Assembly: GCA_963817385.1 (NCBI GenBank)
Contig: CAWFOM010000025.1
Span: 1 to 64,000, forward strand
DNA length: 64,000 nucleotides
Origin: an uncultured delta proteobacterium
Lineage (GTDB): Bacteria; Desulfobacterota; Syntrophia; Syntrophales; UBA5619
Reading direction: 5' to 3'
Shown: positions 52,658 through 61,313 of the stretch, piece by piece
Layout of the letters: every line of letters begins with the position of its first letter
Position numbering within the stretch: the first letter of the stretch is position 1
Translations under genes and position numbers: made by a program
The notes under the pieces: model-generated
Databases searched by the model: none
What the model saw: only the letters and a program-made list of their open reading frames with translations
Told to the model about the DNA's origin: nothing

Positions 52658-53894
52658 TCATCCTCCGCCCTCCAGGCGGTAGAGGGTCTCTCCGGCGTGA
52701 TCGACGTACAGGATCCCCTCCTCCTCTTTGTCCATGTAGTCGGCAAGCCGGATCGAAGCTGGGTCCATGTAGCCAAGGTTGATCCGCCGGCATGTTTCCG
52801 CGGGGATCGCGGTGGCCAGGATGACGTCCACAAGAGGTTTCTCGATGCCGTTTTCGTAACTGCCCCCTCCTCGGACATGGGTCGAATGGGCCAGGACGCC
52901 CCGCGGGATCCCCGTGAAACGCTCCGGCCGGGCGAGGAAGTAGTCCCGGACGTGGTAGCCGATCTTTTCGATCTCGCTTCCCCAGGCGCCGGAAATGCGG
53001 CGGACATGCGGGGCGTAGATGATGAGTTTGCCGCCGTCGGTGACGACCTGTTCCAGCTTGTACATCACCTTTCCCGCGGTCCAGATCTCGTCGTACATCT
53101 CCGGCGTCCGGCCCAGAACGATCCGGTAAGGTTTTTTCCTGGTGACGATGTGGAGCGTTGCCGACAGATCCGCGGCGGCGGACCAGGCTTCCCGGACATC
53201 GCCGGTGAACAGGCCTCGCAGCCCCGTCTCCCCATCCACCACCATCGCGAGGCAGTGAACGGGCGTGGCGATTGACTCCATCGCCCGGTCGATCACCCGC
53301 CGCACCGCGGTATCCTTTTTGCCGATGATCTCCCGGCAGGTGATCAGCGCCCCCAGCCAGTGGAAGAAATGGAGGAAAGCGCCGCCGGAGACGCCGGGAA
53401 AGAGGTACTTCGCGCCCCCGGAAAATCCGACGACCTCATGGGGGAAGACCGGCCCCAGGATAATGATCAGGTCGTATTCGATAGATCTTTTTGTTGATGT
53501 CGATCGGCACCCGCTCCCGGAGAAGACCGCCGGAAATCGTTCGCCACCTCGTCCTCGGTGAGCTCTCCGATCCGTTGAAAAGTCTCCGGCAGGTCCCAGC
53601 GGTGGCAGAAGAAGGCCGACCGGCCGGGCAGCTCCTCCCGGGTTTGAGGGGTTATCCCGTAGAGATCCAGGATCTGCCGGTCCGTCATGAACGGGATGGG
53701 TTCCCAGGGCCACCATGAAATCGAGCCGGGCGGCCCGCCCGCCGATCACCTCCCGCACGGACGCGGACCATCATCGGCAGCGGGCAGGTTCGCGTCCCGT
53801 CCGGTGTCAGGACCAGGACCCGTTTGTTTTCATACAGCCCTGCGGGCGTTCCGGTCTCTATGATCTCTTTGACCTTCGCTTCTGAAAGGGTCAT
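52658..53894 (-). CDS. LarA-superfamily (nickel-pincer) racemase/epimerase; several frameshifts
   Basis: PDGTRTCP, VALGTH, HRWD and PHEVVGFSGGAKY motifs. Confidence 0.85.
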
Positions 53895-54057
53895 AGGCGA
53901 TACATCTCTTCAGGCTCGGCGATCGTTTTGATGCGCATACAAGAATTCGGTTCCTCTCGACGATAGGTGACGCTGGTTGCCTAATTCTGTTCCAGCGCCT
54001 CGCGACGCTCGATGTATTGCTCTTTCGTTCTCATGTTCGTTTCACCTCTGAGGTCTT

Positions 54058-55371
54058 TTACCTCGTTATCAATGATGGCAGCCAAAGGGCGATCTCCGGG
54101 AAAATTATGACGATAATAAGCCCGATACCCTGAAGAATCACGAACGGTACGATAGATCGGTAGATATCGCTCATTGTTATTCCGGGCGGAACTATGGCCT
54201 TCATATAAAACAGGTTGAACCCAAAAGGAGGGGTCAGGTACCCCATCTCCATGTTCATGATGAAAAGAACGCCGAACCAGAGGGGATCAAATCCCAGGGC
54301 CGTGATTACCGGGACAAAGACGGGGGTGCAGATCATGATGATGCCCACAGGGTCCAGGATACATCCCAGGATGAAAAAGATTATCTGCATGGTGATCAGG
54401 ATGGCCCAGCGCCCTCCGGGAATGGACATCATAATATGTTCCATCAGGACATGCGCCCCGGTACCGGTGTAAACAGCCGTGAAACCGTAAGCCCCGATGA
54501 GGATCCAGATGATCAGGGCCGTAAGGGCGGCGGTCCGGAAACAGGACTCTTTGATCAAAGTCCAGTTCAGTTTACGATAGACAGCCGCCGAAATGATCGC
54601 CCCTACGCATCCCAGGGCGGAGGCCTCGGTGGCCGTGCAAACTCCCGCATAAATCGATCCCAGAACCATGATGATAATCATAATCGGCAGCAGCACCGCC
54701 CTGAGGGATATAAATTTCTCCCGCCAGGATACCCTTTCTTCCACGGGAAGGGGAGGCCCCAGGTTAGGCTGGAAGTGACAGCGGACGCCGATGTAAAGGA
54801 TGAAGAGAGCGGCGAGCAGAAGACCGGGCAATATTCCGCCGGCGAACAGCCCCCCGATGGACACGCCGGTCAGGGTCGCGTAAAGAATCATGGGCACGCT
54901 GGGAGGAATCAGTATCCCCAGCGCCCCTCCGCCGGAGATGCAACCCATGGCAATTGTTTTATCATAGCCCCGGCTGAGCATGGCCGGAAGGGCAATGATC
55001 CCCATGGATACGGTTGCCGCCCCGCTGATCCCGGCCATAGCGGCGAATATGGTGCAGATGATCACCGTGCCGATGGCCAACCCGCCCGGTACAGGGCCCA
55101 TCCAGCGGTGCATCAGGGTGTAAAGGTCATCGGCCACTCCCGCTCGTTCTAAAATCATCGACATAAAGATAAAGAGAGGAATGGCCAGCAAGGTAAATTT
55201 CCCCATGGATGCATAGGCTTGGGTTACGATCAGGTAAAGGCCCCGGTCTCCCCAGAGAAGATACGAACCTACCACCCCTACGCCTCCCAGAACAAAAGCC
55301 AGGGGAAGGCCCAAAGCCAGGAACAGGAGGAGGGCTCCGAAGAGCAGAACAGTGATTAATTCAATGCTCAT
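54058..55371 (-). CDS. dctM: TRAP transporter large permease
   Basis: LLAIPLF, LIPPS, TATEA and TPPFG motifs. Confidence 0.93.
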   Translation of the reverse strand: MSIELITVLLFGALLLFLALGLPLAFVLGGVGVVGSYLLWGDRGLYLIVTQAYASMGKFTLLAIPLFIFMSMILERAGVADDLYTLMHRWMGPVPGGLAIGTVIICTIFAAMAGISGAATVSMGIIALPAMLSRGYDKTIAMGCISGGGALGILIPPSVPMILYATLTGVSIGGLFAGGILPGLLLAALFILYIGVRCHFQPNLGPPLPVEERVSWREKFISLRAVLLPIMIIIMVLGSIYAGVCTATEASALGCVGAIISAAVYRKLNWTLIKESCFRTAALTALIIWILIGAYGFTAVYTGTGAHVLMEHIMMSIPGGRWAILITMQIIFFILGCILDPVGIIMICTPVFVPVITALGFDPLWFGVLFIMNMEMGYLTPPFGFNLFYMKAIVPPGITMSDIYRSIVPFVILQGIGLIIVIIFPEIALWLPSLITR

Positions 55372-55875
55372 GGCGCATCCTCCTTGCCGGTAATGGCCAC
55401 TTTGATATCCCCGATATATTTGACCAGGCCCTGCAGCAGGAGGAGTAAAGCACCCAGCGGGATCAACATTTTAAGCGGATAGATGGGCGGGGCAAAAACG
55501 GTCGAATCAGTCTCCCGATACAACGAAAGAATCCCAGGCCATCTCCCCCCCTTTTACCAAAATCACTCCGCAAAAAGCGAAGAAGAGGAGCCAGGTGAAG
55601 AGATTGATAATTGCCCGAGTGCGGGGTTTGAAGCGCTGGTAAAGAATATCCACGTTCACATGTCCATTGCGCTGCTGGAGATACCCCCCCAGGAGAATGA
55701 CGTAGGCGCCATAGACCATCTGGGAAATTTCGTGAGCCCAGATGGTCGGGCTGTTGAAAAAATACCGGGCAACGATCTCATACACGATCACGCCGACGAG
55801 AACGAGAATCAAAAAGCTGACTGCTTTGCCGATCAGCTCATTCATCCGGTCGATCACCTTAAAAAACTTTTTCAT
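55368..55875 (-). CDS. dctQ: TRAP transporter small permease; frameshift near 55520
   Basis: ARYFFNSPTIWAHE, HVNVD and PPIYPLK motifs. Confidence 0.88.
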
Positions 55876-55932
55876 CAGTAACCTCCCTTGCAAAATGAAA
55901 GCGCGAAAGGATCGACTAATTTCAGGATCTGA

Positions 55933-56970
55933 TCAATCGATGTACTTAAGTTTTCTAAGGTAATCCTTCAGCATGCCGATGGCTTTGGCCGAATCGGCGT
56001 CTTTGGCCGCCACCTTATCCCACTCCTTCATTGCCGCCGCCATCATTTTTTTCTGGTCTGCGGGTTCCAGGGTGGATACCGTGACTTTATAATCCTTAAT
56101 CATGGTATCCAAAGCTTTACGCTCATCGCCCACATACTCTTCCGTCCGTTGATATACTCTATCCTTCAGTGCCTTATCGAGGATGGTCTGCAGATCCTTG
56201 GGCAGGGCATTAAAGGCATCCCTGTTGATGATGATCACATCGGTGCCGGCCATGGCCAGATCGGGCTGAATATAGTACTTGGCTACCTCGCAGAGTTTCA
56301 TGCTCAGCGCTCCGCCGGCCGCGCCCCAGTGCGCCCCATCGATGACGCCCGTTTGCAGGGCCAGATAAAGTTCCTCACCGGGAATCATGCTGGGGACGGC
56401 GCCCAGATCTTTCAGCATTTCGGCAATCGCCCCGGAAGAACGTACTTTATATCCTTTGAAATCCTCGATTTTACGGATCGGTCTTTTCCCGATCATCGCC
56501 GTGGGATAAATCTTCTCCGTGTAATAAAGCAGGTTGTGCTTGGCGTGAGCGTCTTTCAGCATCTGCTCGAAACCGAGGTTGAAATGAAAATACAACCCCT
56601 CCTTGGCATTGCGGAAAGTCATCGGACAGTTGGCCGCTACCGCAGCGATGGGAATAATGCTCATCCAGTAGATCGGGGCTGCCGTTGCTCCTTCAATTGT
56701 GCCTTTGCGGCAGACGGCGAATATATCCTTGGAGGGAGCCATGGCTCCGGCCGGATGGAGCGTTATCTGCAGCCGTCCATTGGTCAGCTTGTTCAGATTT
56801 TGATCGAAAAAATCTTTCAGCGGTTTGAAGGATGTGCTTCCTGCCGGCCAGTGAGACTGAAAATTCCATTTGTATACCTTTTGGTCTGCCGGTTGCTGGG
56901 CCATGGCGACGCCCGTCGAAAAAACCATCAAAAAACCGATTAAACAAACGCAAAATAATCTGTTTTTCAT
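55933..56970 (-). CDS. dctP: TRAP substrate-binding protein
   Basis: Signal peptide; FKGYKVR and ELYLALQTGVIDG motifs. Confidence 0.92.
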   Translation of the reverse strand: MKNRLFCVCLIGFLMVFSTGVAMAQQPADQKVYKWNFQSHWPAGSTSFKPLKDFFDQNLNKLTNGRLQITLHPAGAMAPSKDIFAVCRKGTIEGATAAPIYWMSIIPIAAVAANCPMTFRNAKEGLYFHFNLGFEQMLKDAHAKHNLLYYTEKIYPTAMIGKRPIRKIEDFKGYKVRSSGAIAEMLKDLGAVPSMIPGEELYLALQTGVIDGAHWGAAGGALSMKLCEVAKYYIQPDLAMAGTDVIIINRDAFNALPKDLQTILDKALKDRVYQRTEEYVGDERKALDTMIKDYKVTVSTLEPADQKKMMAAAMKEWDKVAAKDADSAKAIGMLKDYLRKLKYID

Positions 56971-56984
56971 TTTGAAGCCTCCTT

Positions 56985-58606
56985 TTACGTTAGAGTTTTG
57001 GAAATTTTTCTCAGTTCTCTCCGTAATATTTTACCTACCGCGCTCTTTGGCAATGAATCCATAAGCTGAATCGATTTCGGTCTTTTATAGGTGGGTAAAT
57101 TCTCCTCGCAAAAATCCATTAGATGCTCTTCAGTGGCTGCCCTGCAGTTTTGAGGACAACAAACGCCTTTACCGCTTCACCATAAACAGGGTCGGGAATG
57201 CCGATAACTCCCGCTTCCAGCACTTGAGGATGCATATGGAGAACATTCTCTATTTCCTTTGGGTAAATATTCTCTCCTCCACGGATGATCAGGTCTTTCT
57301 TTCTATCCGTGATGTAAAGGTACCCATCATCGTCGGCATATCCTATATCACCGGTGTGAAGCCAGCCGTTCCTGAGCACTTCTGCTGTTTCACCGGGTTT
57401 ATTCCAGTAACCCTTCATAACTCCCGGCCCTTTGATTACGATCTCTCCCGCCTGGCCGGGCGGAAGCTCACAGTCTTTTTCGTCAAATATCTTGATCATA
57501 TTGCACTTCTGATAACACTTGCCGATGGAGCCGTATTTAGGCGGCCGTCTACACGCTAAGTTGCCACAGTTGACGGTGGTCGCTTCGCTTAGTCCATACC
57601 CTTCCCAGATATCCATGCCGTATCTCTCCCGCCAATTGCGGGCTACCTCCAAGGGCATAGGGGCGGAGCCGCAGATGCAGGTTTTCAGGGAACTCAAATC
57701 ATATGTGGAGGCAGCGGGATGGTTAAGCAGTTGAATGTACATGGTAGGCACAGCGCGAAATTCGGTGATTTTGAATTGCTCAATACACCTCATCGCTTCC
57801 TCTGTATCCCACCGGCTGATCAAGACCATTTTCCCTCCCGTTAGGAACTCCAGACTCAAAGCGAATACTCCGTACCCGTGGAACAAGGGAAGCGTTATCA
57901 ACGAGACGCGACTCCGGGTGACGCCAAATACCTCCGCTTTCCGATCAGCAATTTTATCCTGTCCGTCATCGCGCTTTTGAATTTTACCTTTCGCGGTAAC
58001 GCCCCAAGTGTCCAGTAAGACCAATTCATAATATCCGGTGACATGCGTATACCAGTTATAATGGGTGAGCATCACTCCTTTCGGATTTCCCGTCGTGCCT
58101 GCGGTATATATTATGACAGCGGTATCGTCGTTATCTGTTTCCTCTATGAGAAGCTTATCCGAACCGCGTTGAATAATTTCATCGTAAGATAAAACATCCT
58201 TCGGAACTGCATTTCCAATCAAGATTACATGCTTAAGATCCGTTGCCTCGCGGCGAGCCTCTCTTATGTTGTCGATATAATCTGCGCTGCTCACCAGAGC
58301 GGCGATACCCGCGTCCCGATAAATATAGGCAAGTTCGTGTATACGCAGTGAAGGATTCACCGGAACCAATATGGCCCCGATCTTAAAAACGGCGAAAAAT
58401 GTCTGCATGAGTTGAGGGCAGTTCAACAGTTGAACACCCACACGGTCTCCCTTTTTGACTCCCAGACTTTTTAGGGCATTCCCCAACCTGTTGGCAGTAC
58501 GGTTCATTTCAACATTGGTATGCCACCGCCCTTCAAAATTGACGAACTTGTATTCGCCAAATCGTTGGATGTTGTCATCTGCCAACCTCCCGATATTCAT
58601 CGCCAT
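56985..58606 (-). CDS. Long-chain acyl-CoA ligase (AMP-binding); frameshift near 57140
   Basis: [21 protein letters not shown] and GGENIYP motifs; [14 protein letters not shown] lies in the shifted frame. Confidence 0.92.
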
Positions 58607-58649
58607 ATTTCCTTTCTCAAGGATACGGTTCGAGCTTCCTTATATGGAC

Positions 58650-60332
58650 CTACGTCTGCTTTTTTTCTTCTGCCGCTGCCGCGAATCCAATTTGAGACAG
58701 AAATTTTTCAACCTCTTTAACCCAAATGGATCTTCCCTCATAATCGGCAAACAAACTGTGGCCGTCCTTTTTGAAAGGAGGAAGGGCGATTAGCCTCGCC
58801 TGCCCGCCGTTCTTTCGGTACTGTTCATAGGCTCTCCCGGCGGTGGTCGGTGAGAAATAACTGTCATTTTCGGTGTAAAACCATAGGGAGGGGATTTGCG
58901 TCGTTTTCGCATAGATACCGAAGGTACTCGCCAGGTCGAATTCCCACATGGCGTTGCCGGTTTTCAAACCTCCGGCAAAATTGATGATTCCCTTAACGTC
59001 CGGATTGGCCATGCTGCCATAAGCCAGTGAGGCCAGGCCGCCGCCGGATTGTCCAACCAGAACAATGTTTTTTCCATCAACGTAGGGTTCCCTGCGCATG
59101 AAGTCAATTGTCGTCTGAATGTCCTTGGCGTCTTCCATACCGAAAGTGGTAATGTTCCCGTAGGCCGTATTCTTCTGCCCACCTGACTTGCCATACCCGC
59201 GCCGCATCGGAATGGCTACTACAAATCCGCGCTTTACGAATTCCTGACTCTGCAGGCAGTAACGGTGTCGTGATTTTACTTCCGATTCAAGGATTTTCTC
59301 AAAGGGGACACCATGACTGATAATCACCAATGGAAACGGACCGGGACCGTCAGGTTTATAGACGGTCGTCTGCAGTCGTCCCTCTCCCCCGTCACCCTGC
59401 CCGGGAATCAAAATCACCTTTTCATTCAGGAAAGAACGTTCATTTGCTGCGATGGGCGGCGAAAGCCTCTTCCCATCGATCCAGTCGCTGATGGTTGCTG
59501 CCGCTTTCACATCGAGGCCGAAGAGACCGTGCTTCGTGCGTGAGTCGCAGGGATTATTGCTTTTGTCAGGTTCCCCGCCGGAAAACGGGAACAGGGTAAA
59601 AGAATATTTTTCGGCGATTTCGCTCGCCTCGATAGCGGGAGAGCTGTCGCAGTTGTCCTCCAGGTGATGAATCATCAGAACCGGTGTTTTGACGGCTGAA
59701 TGGTCATAGGCATGCAACTGGCTGGTATCCGCCCCGGCTAAAATGACGCCGTCTAAATCCTTGCCGAGGTTTCCGGCAGCAAATAGAGCGGAAACACCGC
59801 CGCTTCCGCTGGACGCAAAGTAGATTTTGCTTTTCGGATACCGTGTCCTCAGATCTTTCAGCACCGTCCCGAGGTCGGTGGCATGTTCCCGGCCCTTCCG
59901 GAAAGCGACGTTCATCCCCTTGCTCCGGTCTGAAGGAACATCGGGCATCGCCAGGCCGATCGAGCGCTCATGAAGCATGGCCGTGCTGCGAATGAATAAA
60001 TTATATTGGAGATCATGCCTGATTTTTCCGTCCTGGGTTTTCAAATTGAGCACCCCGTTGCCTCCCGGGATGACGAGCAAGACTGCCTTGGGCTCGCCAT
60101 TCGCGGGCGTATCGAGAAAATAGGAAAGAGTGACGTTCGGCCCCGCGCCCATCACATCGTACCGGCTGGTCAGCGTAACCAGCTCCTGTTTGGCCATGAT
60201 GGCATCCGGGAGCAAAACAAGAAACAGGGTCAACACAAAAACGGCGCAGATCTTCGAGCCTTCCACCGCGCCCCAGCCGCTTTCCTTCAGCTTTGGATCA
60301 ATCAAATTCATTCTGGTTTCCTCTTCGGTCAT
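58650..60332 (-). CDS. Two-domain alpha/beta hydrolase (dienelactone hydrolase-like) with an HsdR-like N-terminal 28 aa
   Basis: Domain 1 has SGSGG and H; domain 2 has SHG, RRGYG, GQSGGG, END and GH. Confidence 0.8.
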   Translation of the reverse strand: MTEEETRMNLIDPKLKESGWGAVEGSKICAVFVLTLFLVLLPDAIMAKQELVTLTSRYDVMGAGPNVTLSYFLDTPANGEPKAVLLVIPGGNGVLNLKTQDGKIRHDLQYNLFIRSTAMLHERSIGLAMPDVPSDRSKGMNVAFRKGREHATDLGTVLKDLRTRYPKSKIYFASSGSGGVSALFAAGNLGKDLDGVILAGADTSQLHAYDHSAVKTPVLMIHHLEDNCDSSPAIEASEIAEKYSFTLFPFSGGEPDKSNNPCDSRTKHGLFGLDVKAAATISDWIDGKRLSPPIAANERSFLNEKVILIPGQGDGGEGRLQTTVYKPDGPGPFPLVIISHGVPFEKILESEVKSRHRYCLQSQEFVKRGFVVAIPMRRGYGKSGGQKNTAYGNITTFGMEDAKDIQTTIDFMRREPYVDGKNIVLVGQSGGGLASLAYGSMANPDVKGIINFAGGLKTGNAMWEFDLASTFGIYAKTTQIPSLWFYTENDSYFSPTTAGRAYEQYRKNGGQARLIALPPFKKDGHSLFADYEGRSIWVKEVEKFLSQIGFAAAAEEKKQT

Positions 60333-60441
60333 GGGTTGTAATCTCCGATTTTCCAAACGCCTTTTTCCCGGAAAGCCGGAATCGTCTGTCTGCGGGCGGC
60401 GTTAAGAGTCCTCCGGCCTGCGATTGATAGTGCTATGGAGC

Positions 60442-61173
60442 CTATCCGGCGGAGAGCTTCTGTGACGCCGCCTTGCCGTGCGGGCAGGCCCAGAGGCACA
60501 TGCCGCACTCGTTCACCCCTTTCGCTTCGCGGCACTGCGCACGGTACTCTTTGCATTTCTGCGTGTCGAACCGCAGGTCGCGGTGCTCGTCCTCGCGGAA
60601 GATTCTCCCGGTGAACGCCTGTGCAGGGCAGGCGTCCACGCATTCCCTGCAGTCGCCGCAGCGCGTGTCCATCGGCCGCCCGGTCACCGCAAGCGGTGCG
60701 TCGGTGAGCACCGTCGCCCAGCGGCAGCGGGGACCGTTTTCCGGTGTGACCAGGAGACAGCTCTTGCCGATCCACCCGAGGCCGGCCATGTGCGCCGCCA
60801 TCTTGTTCGAAAACACTCCGCTGTTGCGTACCGTGTTCACGGTCTGCGAGGCGGGCACCGGGTAGACCCGGTAACCCTGGTTCTGCAGCAGCTCCGCCAC
60901 CTTCGAGGCGATGCGGTCGAGCCGCTGGTTGATGACCGTGTAGCAGTGGTGGCTGTAGTTCTGGGCGTGTGCGGTATCTTCGAGGCGCCGCGGAAGCTGA
61001 TCGACGATCGGATGGAAGAGCTTGATGCCGATGGAAACGGCGCGGGGGAATGAAGCCACCAGATCCCCGCCCTGCTCGCGGATAGCCTCGCGGGCCGGTA
61101 CGATATCGGCGATGCCGAAGAAATCCACGCCCTCAGCGGTTGCGCATTCGCGTATGAGTGTGTCCATGTCCAT
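60442..61173 (-). CDS. QueG-like 4Fe-4S double-cluster protein
   Basis: AAHMAGLGWIGK, TPENGPR, CGDCRECVDACP and CGMCLWACP motifs. Confidence 0.85.
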   Translation of the reverse strand: MDMDTLIRECATAEGVDFFGIADIVPAREAIREQGGDLVASFPRAVSIGIKLFHPIVDQLPRRLEDTAHAQNYSHHCYTVINQRLDRIASKVAELLQNQGYRVYPVPASQTVNTVRNSGVFSNKMAAHMAGLGWIGKSCLLVTPENGPRCRWATVLTDAPLAVTGRPMDTRCGDCRECVDACPAQAFTGRIFREDEHRDLRFDTQKCKEYRAQCREAKGVNECGMCLWACPHGKAASQKLSAG

Positions 61174-61313
61174 GAAAGTCTCCTCCTTATCTCTTTCCGC
61201 CGACGCCCATGGCCCGCATCCCCACCGCGCCGCAGGTGGACGGCCCGGGTGGTTCTCAACCTGGGAAAGTTCTTTCGCGTCCGGTCATGCATTCGTTGGC
61301 GTCAACTCTCTCC

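Noticed and set aside
60442..61173. Reductive dehalogenase
   Set aside because: Only 243 aa, no Tat signal and no rdhB anchor; better described as QueG-like.
61190..61295. Fragment resembling a C_GCAxxG_C_C protein (STCGAVG)
   Set aside because: Match too short to support.
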